DNA of 64,000 nucleotides. It comes from Oscillospiraceae bacterium. Its GTDB lineage: Bacteria > Bacillota > Clostridia > Oscillospirales > SIG627. How positions within the stretch are numbered: the first letter of the stretch is position 1; each line of letters begins with the position of its first letter. The translations under genes and the position numbers were made by a program. Under the pieces are notes generated by a model, which worked only from the letters and a program-made list of their open reading frames with translations, was not told where the DNA came from and searched no databases. Shown one piece after another: positions 37,808-46,513 of this stretch. The DNA is taken from positions 3,976-67,975 of the forward strand of contig JAYFRN010000004.1 of assembly GCA_034925865.1 (NCBI GenBank), written 5' to 3'.

Positions 37808-39091
37808 ATGAGTGATAAAGTAATTAAAATAGAAAACGTATATAAAGAATATCGTCTGGGAGTGATCGGCGGCGGAACCTTAAAGGGTGACCTTCAAAGT
37901 CTTATGGCAAAGCTGCACGGAAAAGAAGACCCTAATCTTAGAATCGGGCAGAAATCAGCTCCGAAGAATGAAAGATTCCTTGCTTTAAAAGATGTTTCGT
38001 TTTCGGTAAACAAGGGCGACGCCGTGGGAATAATCGGCCACAACGGAGCGGGGAAGTCCACCTTGCTCAAGCTTTTGGCTCGTGTGACCGCTCCGACAAA
38101 AGGCACTATTTCATATAAAGGCAGAATAGCCAGTATGCTCGAAGTAGGAACCGGATTTCATCCGGAATTGACAGGGCGCGAAAATGTATATCTCAACGGC
38201 GCTATTTTAGGTATGTCGAAAGTTGAGATAACAAAGAAATTCGATGAAATAGTTGACTTTGCCGAAATGGAGCAGTTTATTGACACGCCGGTAAAAAGAT
38301 ATTCAAGCGGAATGTATGTGAAGCTCGCTTTTGCGGTCGCCGCGCATCTTGATTCCGATATATTGATAATGGATGAAGTGCTCGCTGTCGGAGACATGAA
38401 ATTTCAACAGAAATGTCTCGGGAAAATGGGCGACGCCGCCGACAGGGAAGGGCGCACTGTGCTTTATGTAAGTCATAATATGAACACTATCAGACAGCTT
38501 TGCAACAGATGTGTTGTGCTTGATCACGGGTGTGTTATTTTTGACGGAGATACTGAAAACGGAATTCAGAAGTACAACGGCGTAAACGCGCTGGAAGAAA
38601 AAACGCACTATGATTTTAAAGATTGTAAAAGAGAAAGCTATCTGCCTGTAATAAGAAAAGCGGAAATGATGTCTCTTGATCTTTTAAATAAAGAACATCC
38701 GATATATACTCAGGGACAGACGCTTGAATTTGATTTAAAAATTCATTGTTATAAAACATGTGAGCATATAGGTCTGAGAGCGGAATTCAGGAATATGTCT
38801 GATACACCGGTTATGACAGTGCTGACATCAGATGATGATTTTATCAGATTGGATAATGACAGCGACGTGGTATTAAACGCAAGAATTAATATAGATATGC
38901 TTACGACAGGAAAATATAAAATTCTGCTTGTTTTATATGATGCTAATGAATTCGGTACAAATACAGACATTGATTGTTTGAATCCTGCTTTTGTTATCGA
39001 AAAACAGAACGATATTTTAATTCATTGGAATTGCAAAAGCTGGGGAAATATATACTCAGGTAATATTATGATAAAAGAATATGAGAAGTAA
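37808..39091 (+). CDS. ABC exporter ATPase (Wzt/TagH-like) with a ~170-aa C-terminal extension
   Basis: Walker A GHNGAGKST, signature YSSGM, Walker B ILIMDE. Extra C-terminal beta-rich domain. Confidence 0.85.
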   Translation: MSDKVIKIENVYKEYRLGVIGGGTLKGDLQSLMAKLHGKEDPNLRIGQKSAPKNERFLALKDVSFSVNKGDAVGIIGHNGAGKSTLLKLLARVTAPTKGTISYKGRIASMLEVGTGFHPELTGRENVYLNGAILGMSKVEITKKFDEIVDFAEMEQFIDTPVKRYSSGMYVKLAFAVAAHLDSDILIMDEVLAVGDMKFQQKCLGKMGDAADREGRTVLYVSHNMNTIRQLCNRCVVLDHGCVIFDGDTENGIQKYNGVNALEEKTHYDFKDCKRESYLPVIRKAEMMSLDLLNKEHPIYTQGQTLEFDLKIHCYKTCEHIGLRAEFRNMSDTPVMTVLTSDDDFIRLDNDSDVVLNARINIDMLTTGKYKILLVLYDANEFGTNTDIDCLNPAFVIEKQNDILIHWNCKSWGNIYSGNIMIKEYEK

Positions 39092-39093
39092 TC

Positions 39094-40089
39094 ATGATAG
39101 ATTTAATTAGTGTAATAGTACCAATATATAATGTAGATAAATATTTAAGAAAATGTATTGATAGTATATTAACGCAAACGTATAATTTACTTGAAATTAT
39201 TTTAGTAGATGACGGATCAACTGATTTATGTCCTGATATCTGCGATGAATATGCAAAAAAGGACTCTAGAATTATTGTAATACACAAAAAAAATGGCGGA
39301 CTAGCAGATGCTCGTAATGCGGGACTGGATAAAGCAACCGGGAGATATATTTCATTTATTGATAGTGATGATTATATAGAGACAGAAATGTATTCAGTTA
39401 TGTTGGAAAAAGCGAAAGCTAATCATGCTGATATAGTTTCATGTTCTATAAAACATGTTGATGAAAAAGGGGAAATTATAAATATTTGGCCGATTATTGA
39501 AAAAGATGTATTATTCTCTGAAAAAGAATTTATTACCAATTTTTATCCATATATTAAAACTATTATATGTCCATCGGTTTGTAATAAACTTTATAATTCG
39601 TTTATCTTTGATTCAATACGATTTCCAGTTGGTAAAATATATGAAGATGCTTTTATACAGCTGGAAACATATGATAAATGTGAAAATATATTGTCAATTA
39701 AAGATATATTTTATAATTATTTTAAAAGAAGTTCAAGTATTATGAACTTACAACATTATAATTTATCAATAGATGCTATCGAATTTAGGAAAATAAATTA
39801 TAGCTATTTTAAAAATACTTCAAATGAATCGCAAATTCAATATTCCCTTAATGAATATATAAATACATATTTTCAAATTTATTTTTTATATATATATAAT
39901 TATAAAATTAATAATATGAAAAAATGTTTTAGTGTCCCGCGAAAACAATTTAAGATGCTAAGAAAAGAAATACTGTCAAATCCAAATATTTGTCATATGA
40001 AAAAAATTATGATAATTATTCATAATGTGTTTCCATGTATAGCTCAATATATTGCAAATAAATATTTTCCTGAATGCATCCAAAAATAA
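39094..40089 (+). CDS. Glycosyltransferase family 2
   Basis: ISVIVPIYNVDKYL, DDGSTD and DSDD motifs. Confidence 0.8.
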   Translation: MIDLISVIVPIYNVDKYLRKCIDSILTQTYNLLEIILVDDGSTDLCPDICDEYAKKDSRIIVIHKKNGGLADARNAGLDKATGRYISFIDSDDYIETEMYSVMLEKAKANHADIVSCSIKHVDEKGEIINIWPIIEKDVLFSEKEFITNFYPYIKTIICPSVCNKLYNSFIFDSIRFPVGKIYEDAFIQLETYDKCENILSIKDIFYNYFKRSSSIMNLQHYNLSIDAIEFRKINYSYFKNTSNESQIQYSLNEYINTYFQIYFLYIYNYKINNMKKCFSVPRKQFKMLRKEILSNPNICHMKKIMIIIHNVFPCIAQYIANKYFPECIQK

Positions 40090-40107
40090 ATTAATATAAG
40101 AGAAGTC

Positions 40108-41151
40108 ATGATGATTTATAATTGTACATTATCTATAATTATACCTGTATATAATTGCTTTGAATATATATATAAATGTACTAATAGCATATTATCTCAA
40201 GAAAATGATGATGTTGAGTTAATACTCGTTGATGACGGTTCAACTGATGGATCTTATGATATATGTGATAATATTGCTAATTCTGACCCGCGTGTAAAAA
40301 TCATACATCAAAAAAACCAAGGTGTATCTTCCGCAAGAAATGCAGGGCTTGAAGCAGCGAGAGGAAAATATGTTACTTTTGTAGATGGCGATGACACTGT
40401 TTCTTCAGATTATATAAAAGTGATTACAGAATCTATAAATGAAAATAATGCTGATTTAATTATTTGGAGTATTCAAAGCATATATTATAAAGAATCTATA
40501 AAAGATATTAATCATGCAGAATCAAATAATATATATAATATATTTTATAAAAATTATACTGAAGAAAGCTGTTATTACTTGATTAATAACACCAATTTGA
40601 TATCTGGATGTAACAAGCTATATAAATTGGATGTTATCAGAGAAAATAAAATTATTTTTAATGTATCACAATCCGTTGTAGAGGATTATACTTTTAATGT
40701 AAAATATATGTCCTATACAAATTCAGTTCAATGCATTTCAGATATATTATATAATTATTATATTAAAAGTCATACTAATTATACATCCAAAAGAAGAAAA
40801 ACAAATTTTATAAATGATTTAAGAATAATGTATGATTCCGTTGTACATTTCTTTAAAGAAAAGAATCTGCCATTAAATCTCGATTATTTAATGATATATT
40901 TTAATATTGGCATATTAAACCTGAATGAAATAAAAGATAAGCAAATCCCATATAATCAGAAATCCAAGATATGCAATTCTATTTTAAAAGATAATGTATT
41001 TCAAATGATGTTGGAATATCAACGTAAGAATGCAGTTTATGATAATAAATATATTTTTGTATTAAAGAGAAAATCATTTTTATTATTAACTATATTTGAT
41101 ATGCTTGTTAAGCTAAAAAGCTCGATAACAATAAAAAGGAAGAAGTTATAA
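40108..41151 (+). CDS. Glycosyltransferase family 2
   Basis: LSIIIPVYNCFEYI, DDGSTDGS and DGDD motifs. Confidence 0.8.
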   Translation: MMIYNCTLSIIIPVYNCFEYIYKCTNSILSQENDDVELILVDDGSTDGSYDICDNIANSDPRVKIIHQKNQGVSSARNAGLEAARGKYVTFVDGDDTVSSDYIKVITESINENNADLIIWSIQSIYYKESIKDINHAESNNIYNIFYKNYTEESCYYLINNTNLISGCNKLYKLDVIRENKIIFNVSQSVVEDYTFNVKYMSYTNSVQCISDILYNYYIKSHTNYTSKRRKTNFINDLRIMYDSVVHFFKEKNLPLNLDYLMIYFNIGILNLNEIKDKQIPYNQKSKICNSILKDNVFQMMLEYQRKNAVYDNKYIFVLKRKSFLLLTIFDMLVKLKSSITIKRKKL

Positions 41152-42803
41152 TGACACCAACCCAACTTAAATCGCTTGCAGCGCTTCTTTATCCCAGTAT
41201 TGGCACGACGCCGGAATACTTTGAAGAAAAATATCCTCCCCGCAATTTGCCGGAAGGAGCGAAGGTGACGCGATTCGCGCCGAGTCCGACGGGCTTCGTG
41301 CATTTCGGCGGGATGTTTCCGTCCACTGTATCAGAGCGGCTTGCCCATCAGAGCGGCGGCGTATTTTTTCTTCGCATAGAGGATACCGATTCTAAAAGAG
41401 AAGTCGACGGAGCTGAAGAAAACATAATAAAATCATATAATTCTCTCGGGATCATGTTTGATGAAGGAGTTACCCTCAACGGAGAAACGGGAGCTTACGG
41501 TCATTACCGGCAAAGCGACAGAAAACAGATTTATCAGACCTATGCGAAAAAGCTTATAGAAGAAGGGAAGGCATATCCTTGCTTCTGCGCTCCGGAACAG
41601 CTCGACGCCGTCAGAGAAGAGCAGGAAAAGAATAAAGAACTGCCGGGTTATTACGGAAAATACGCCGTCTGCCGCGAGCTTACTTATGAGCAGATAGCCG
41701 GCAATATCAATGCAGGCAAGTCCTTTGTACTCAGATTAAGATCAACGGGTGACCCGGATAACAAGATCAAGTTTACCGACCTTGTAAAGGGCAATCTTGA
41801 GCTTACAGAAAACAATATAGATCACATCCTTTTAAAAAGCGACGGAATGCCCTCATATCACTTCGCTCACGCGGTCGACGATCATCTGATGCGGACGACA
41901 CATGTCGTAAGGGGTGAGGAATGGCTGCCGAGCCTTCCTTATCACATACAGATATTTGCCGCTCTCGGCTTCAGATTGCCGAAATATCTCCATATTTCTC
42001 AGTTGATGCGTATGGAAAACGGCGCGAAGAAAAAGCTTTCAAAACGCGATAACTGCGCCGCATTGTCATATTACAACACCGCCGGTTATCCCGCCGCGAC
42101 GGTGAGAGAATATGTCATGACCTTGCTTAATTCCAACTTTGAGGATTGGCGCAGAGCAAATCCCGCGGCGGATATAAACGACTTTCCGTTTTCGATTAAA
42201 AAAATGAGCGGCAGCGGATGTCTTTTTGATTTTGACAAGCTTAACGATGTGTCCAAGAATGTCATCAGCCGGATGAGCGCGCATGATGTATACGTATTGC
42301 TGACAGAGTGGGCAAAAGAAAACGATCCGGATTATTATGCCCTGCTAACGCGTGACAGTGAATATGCTGAATCTATTCTTTCAATCGGGCGCGGAGGGGC
42401 AAAGCCGCGGAAGGATCTGACTACCTGGGCTGACGCGAAGCAGTATATGAATCTGTTTTACGATGAACTTTTCGGAATTCAGGATATGATACCGGAAAAA
42501 TACGATAAAAACGATGTAATGAACGCTTTGCAAAAATTCATATTAACGTATAATTATGAAGATGTTCAATCGGCATGGTTTGAAAAGATAAAGGATATTT
42601 CGGAATCTTTGGGTTATGCGTCCGACATGAAGGAATACAAGCAGAATCCGGAAGCTTTCAAAGGAAATGTCGGCGATATCAGTATGTTTATACGCGTTGC
42701 CGTAACCGGAAAGCTGAATTCGCCGGATATGTACGAGGTTATGCGTATTCTGGGGTATAATACTGTTATAAACAGAATAAAGAAATTTATAAAAATATTA
42801 TAA
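41151..42803 (+). CDS. gltX: Glutamate--tRNA ligase (long ~550-aa form)
   Basis: RFAPSPTGFVHFGG (HIGH-type motif) and KLSKR (KMSKS-type motif). TAATG overlap with the preceding GT2 gene. Confidence 0.85.
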   Translation: MTPTQLKSLAALLYPSIGTTPEYFEEKYPPRNLPEGAKVTRFAPSPTGFVHFGGMFPSTVSERLAHQSGGVFFLRIEDTDSKREVDGAEENIIKSYNSLGIMFDEGVTLNGETGAYGHYRQSDRKQIYQTYAKKLIEEGKAYPCFCAPEQLDAVREEQEKNKELPGYYGKYAVCRELTYEQIAGNINAGKSFVLRLRSTGDPDNKIKFTDLVKGNLELTENNIDHILLKSDGMPSYHFAHAVDDHLMRTTHVVRGEEWLPSLPYHIQIFAALGFRLPKYLHISQLMRMENGAKKKLSKRDNCAALSYYNTAGYPAATVREYVMTLLNSNFEDWRRANPAADINDFPFSIKKMSGSGCLFDFDKLNDVSKNVISRMSAHDVYVLLTEWAKENDPDYYALLTRDSEYAESILSIGRGGAKPRKDLTTWADAKQYMNLFYDELFGIQDMIPEKYDKNDVMNALQKFILTYNYEDVQSAWFEKIKDISESLGYASDMKEYKQNPEAFKGNVGDISMFIRVAVTGKLNSPDMYEVMRILGYNTVINRIKKFIKIL

Positions 42804-42829
42804 ATAATATTTGAAAGCGATATAAATTA

Positions 42830-44488
42830 ATGGAAGAAAATACAAGCTTCTTTTTACATGACATTATAGATGAAGATATCAAAAACGGACGGGTAGAAAA
42901 AATACACACTCGTTTTCCGCCCGAGCCCAACGGCTATCTCCATATAGGCAGCGCCAAAGCAATTTATATCAATGCCATGACAGCGAAAAAATACGGCGGT
43001 CTGTTTAATCTGCGTTATGACGATACGAATCCGGAAAAAGAAGATGACGAATATGTAAAAAGCATATACGAGGATCTTATTTGGCTCGGCGCGGAGCCTA
43101 CCGGCGGTGTTTTTTACGGCAGCGATTATTTTGATAAATGCTGTGAATTCGCGATACAGCTGATCAACCAGGGCGACGCATATGTATGTGATCTTTCCGC
43201 AGACGAAATGCGCGAATATCGCGGCACTCTGACAGAACCCGGTAAAGACAGCCCTTTCAGAAACCGCTCGGTTGAGGAAAATTTAAGCCTGTTTGAACGT
43301 ATGAAAAGCGGAGAATTTCCGGACGGCTTCTGCACTCTCCGCGCAAAAATAAATATGTCCAGCCCGAATATGAATCTGCGCGATCCGGCAATTTACAGGA
43401 TACTTCACACGTCGCATCACAGACAGGGCACGAAGTGGTGTATTTATCCTCTTTACGATTATGCTCATCCGATACAGGACGCACTTGAGGGCATTACCCA
43501 TTCAATGTGTTCGATCGAATTCGAAAATCACCGTCCTCTGTACGATTGGGTTGTCAATAAAATAGGATTTGAGAAAAAACCTCATCAGTATGAATTTGCC
43601 CGCCTGAATGTTACGCATACCGTAATGAGCAAAAGATATCTTCGCAGCCTTGTGGAGCAGGGCGTGGTTGACGGATGGGACGATCCGAGAATGCCCACTC
43701 TCTGCGGCCTTAGAAGAAGGGGATACACAGCATCTTCTATTATAGAATTTGTGAAGCGCGCAGGGGTCTCGAAGGCGTTCAGTATTGTTGATATCGATCT
43801 GCTTGAACATTGTATCCGTGACGAACTAAATTTCAACGCGCAACGCAGAATCGCAGTCATTGATCCGGTCAAGGTAGTCATAGAGAATTATCCCGAAGAT
43901 AAAACCGAGCTTTTTCAGATCAAAAACAATCCTAACGATCCCGAAGCCGGCGAAAGACAAATACCATTTACTCGTGAAATGTATGTCGAAAGAAGCGATT
44001 TTCTCAAGGAAAAGTCTCCTAAGTTTTTCCGTCTTTATCCCGGTGGAGAGGTTCGCCTTATGAGCGCGTATATTATAAAGTGTACAGGATTCGAAATCGA
44101 CGCTGAAGGGAATGTTACGCTGATCAGATGCGAGGCAGATCTCGAAACCGGCGGTAAAAATCCAGCCGACGGAAGAAAAATAAAAGGAACAATTCATTGG
44201 GTTTCCGCTTCAAACTGTATAGATGCGGATATTATGAAATACGGCCTTTTATTCAACGAAGAGAATCTCACCGCTCTTCCGGAAGATAAATCCTACGGCG
44301 ATTATCTGAATCCGGATTCAATTAAAAAAATTTCCGGAGCGAAGCTTGAATTATCGCTTTCTAATGCAAAGCCGGGCGATAAGTATCAATTTGTCAGAAA
44401 CGGATATTTTTGCAGAGATACAAAAAACGCCGGTACATTTAACAGTATTGTAGATTTAAAAGACAGCTATACAATAAAAGAAAAATAA
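42830..44488 (+). CDS. glnS: Glutamine--tRNA ligase
   Basis: TRFPPEPNGYLHIGSAKA and VMSKR motifs. GlnRS-type C-terminal beta-barrel region. Confidence 0.9.
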   Translation: MEENTSFFLHDIIDEDIKNGRVEKIHTRFPPEPNGYLHIGSAKAIYINAMTAKKYGGLFNLRYDDTNPEKEDDEYVKSIYEDLIWLGAEPTGGVFYGSDYFDKCCEFAIQLINQGDAYVCDLSADEMREYRGTLTEPGKDSPFRNRSVEENLSLFERMKSGEFPDGFCTLRAKINMSSPNMNLRDPAIYRILHTSHHRQGTKWCIYPLYDYAHPIQDALEGITHSMCSIEFENHRPLYDWVVNKIGFEKKPHQYEFARLNVTHTVMSKRYLRSLVEQGVVDGWDDPRMPTLCGLRRRGYTASSIIEFVKRAGVSKAFSIVDIDLLEHCIRDELNFNAQRRIAVIDPVKVVIENYPEDKTELFQIKNNPNDPEAGERQIPFTREMYVERSDFLKEKSPKFFRLYPGGEVRLMSAYIIKCTGFEIDAEGNVTLIRCEADLETGGKNPADGRKIKGTIHWVSASNCIDADIMKYGLLFNEENLTALPEDKSYGDYLNPDSIKKISGAKLELSLSNAKPGDKYQFVRNGYFCRDTKNAGTFNSIVDLKDSYTIKEK

Positions 44489-44541
44489 CATATAGTGCAG
44501 ATTGAACAAAATGTGTATGATTCTGTTGTCAAATATGTACA

Positions 44542-44570
44542 TTGACATTCGCTTGATTATAATATAAAAT
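44542..44570 (+). promoter_or_regulatory. SigA-type promoter for the solute-binding protein gene
   Basis: TTGACA, 17-nt spacer, TAAAAT. Confidence 0.45.
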
Positions 44571-44615
44571 GTGATAAGATAGTTATTATTAATTAAGGGA
44601 GGTCGCAATTAAGAA

Positions 44616-46070
44616 ATGAAAAAAACGACAGCGTTAATCTTATGTATACTTTTTGTTTTATCCGCATTTGTCGCTGCTGTTTCGGGGTGCTCGCTTATTC
44701 CCGGAAATAAAACAGGAAAAGGTGTAACCGAAACTGTTACCGGTACAAATGCAACCTCTTCCGATGAAGAGCCATGGCCTGTACGGGACATGGGTGAATC
44801 TGTTTTTCGCATTCTCGGTAGAAGCGGGTTTAAGAATAAGGACTATATCTACAATCCTGAAACCGAAGATGACGTAATAAACGATGCCTTGAATACGAGA
44901 AACGAATGGCTAAAGGATCATTATAACTTTACTTTGGAATTTACTGAAGTAGCTGATGCGGAGTATATGGCGACCGCAAAAGCCGAGCTCAGCGGCGGTA
45001 CAGCCGGATATGATCTTTTTGTAGCTCCCGGAAGGACAATTGCAACCATTTCGCAGGAAGGTTCTCTGATAGACCTTGCTTCGCAAAAAAATATTGATCT
45101 GAAAGCCGAATGGTGGGATCAGAGCGCAAACAGAGATCTTTCTATTGCAGGACGCGTTTTTATCACCACCGGCGCAATGTCGACTTCAGATATGAACAGC
45201 ACATATGTTATATTCTTTAATAAAGATCTTATTGAAGAAAAATCACTTGAAAATCCGTATCAGCTTGTGTATGACAACAAATGGACTATTGATAAAATGC
45301 TGGAGCTGTGCAAAGGCGTTAAAGTTGACATCAACGACGACGGAAAATGGACTAATGTCGATATGTACGGTTATGTATGCGAGAACTATGATTCTTACGC
45401 AATGTTTTTCTCGAGCGGTGAAAAAGTTATAGGAAAAGATAATGATGATCTTCCCGCATTATGTGTTAATACTTCTCGCGCCAGCGAAGTTATTGATTCA
45501 CTAAAAACTTTTTACTCTGATGAAAGCACATATGTTAATTTGGCAGCAGATATTATACCTATAATCAAAGCTGGAAGATCAGTTTTTTGCGGAACAATTC
45601 TCGGCGCAATAAGTTCTTACAGAGAAATGGAAGCCGATTTTGGCATTATTCCTCTTCCTAAATACGAAGTTGATCAGGATGAATACATAAGCCCTGTGAG
45701 TGCTGCGACAACCGGTTCATTGATCGGAGTTCCAGTTTCATCGACAGATATCGATGCTTCGACATTTATGCTTGAAATGCTTTGCAGAAAATCACTCACG
45801 ACGCTCCGCACCGCATATTATGATGTTGTGGTCACAAAGCAGAGCCTGCGTGATGAAGATTCCAAAAAGATGCTTGAAAAAATTCAAGCTGGTCATATGT
45901 TTGATATCGCTTATATGAATGATTGGGGCGGATGGTTCCTATGGCTGTATAGTATAGCGGGAAATCCTTCAGGAGCTAACCTTGCTTCACAGTTTGACGC
46001 GCAGCAAGCTAACACGAACAAGCTTATTCAAGACACGATTGACGTTTACATGAAATATATAAACGAATAA
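44616..46070 (+). CDS. Extracellular solute-binding lipoprotein (carbohydrate ABC-transporter type), without adjacent permease genes
   Basis: Signal peptide with lipobox AAVSG|C. 484 aa with a family-1 SBP-like pattern. Confidence 0.75.
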   Translation: MKKTTALILCILFVLSAFVAAVSGCSLIPGNKTGKGVTETVTGTNATSSDEEPWPVRDMGESVFRILGRSGFKNKDYIYNPETEDDVINDALNTRNEWLKDHYNFTLEFTEVADAEYMATAKAELSGGTAGYDLFVAPGRTIATISQEGSLIDLASQKNIDLKAEWWDQSANRDLSIAGRVFITTGAMSTSDMNSTYVIFFNKDLIEEKSLENPYQLVYDNKWTIDKMLELCKGVKVDINDDGKWTNVDMYGYVCENYDSYAMFFSSGEKVIGKDNDDLPALCVNTSRASEVIDSLKTFYSDESTYVNLAADIIPIIKAGRSVFCGTILGAISSYREMEADFGIIPLPKYEVDQDEYISPVSAATTGSLIGVPVSSTDIDASTFMLEMLCRKSLTTLRTAYYDVVVTKQSLRDEDSKKMLEKIQAGHMFDIAYMNDWGGWFLWLYSIAGNPSGANLASQFDAQQANTNKLIQDTIDVYMKYINE

Positions 46071-46098
46071 AAAGCGATTATAATTCCTTTCTTTTTAC

Positions 46099-46144
46099 AA
46101 ATGGAAATCGGTCTGTCGGTAAAACGGCAGGCCGGTTTTCATTT
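46099..46144 (+). terminator. Terminator after the solute-binding protein gene
   Basis: A ~20-bp stem with G-U pairs (core CGGTCTGTCG/CGGCAGGCCG) followed by a T-rich run. Confidence 0.5.
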
Positions 46145-46221
46145 GTCAGAATTTTTCGAGTATGTATTTTATTGTAAATTTTCAATTTTAAAATTTATTA
46201 TACATTATCTGCAAAAAGGTA

Positions 46222-46250
46222 TTGACAAAAATAAAAGCGCATATTATAAT
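46222..46250 (+). promoter_or_regulatory. Consensus SigA promoter
   Basis: TTGACA, 17-nt spacer, TATAAT; both hexamers match the consensus exactly. Confidence 0.65.
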
Positions 46251-46257
46251 GATATAA

Positions 46258-46513
46258 ACTCTTTGCACTGCATTGTGTTTCTCAAATGAAATACGAGATC
46301 AACAGTACAACTGAGCAGGCGATGCACCTTTATAAGGTCATGGGGCCGGGCCGTCCAACGAGCGGCAACAGATGATGAATCGAAGCACATCTGTGGGACA
46401 GTAGTATGTTCCATAGAGGTGCTATTTTTGTACCCAAATGGAACCGAAGACCTCAGGTGGAGTGCCATAGGAGAAATCAAACGCCGCCAAAAAGCGAAAA
46501 CGGAGGTTCTTTT
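46258..46513 (+). promoter_or_regulatory. ~255-nt structured 5' leader of the P-type ATPase gene (riboswitch-like, class unresolved)
   Basis: Mutually exclusive helices, including GAAGACCUC (46446-46454) pairing with the SD region GAGGUUCUUUU (46503-46513). Confidence 0.4.

Noticed and set aside
46406-46513. N-terminal extension of the P-type ATPase ORF
   Set aside because: The extension is Arg/Pro-rich with no SD. ATG 46514 follows GGAGG and gives the usual ATPase N-terminus. The extension region is better explained as part of the leader RNA.
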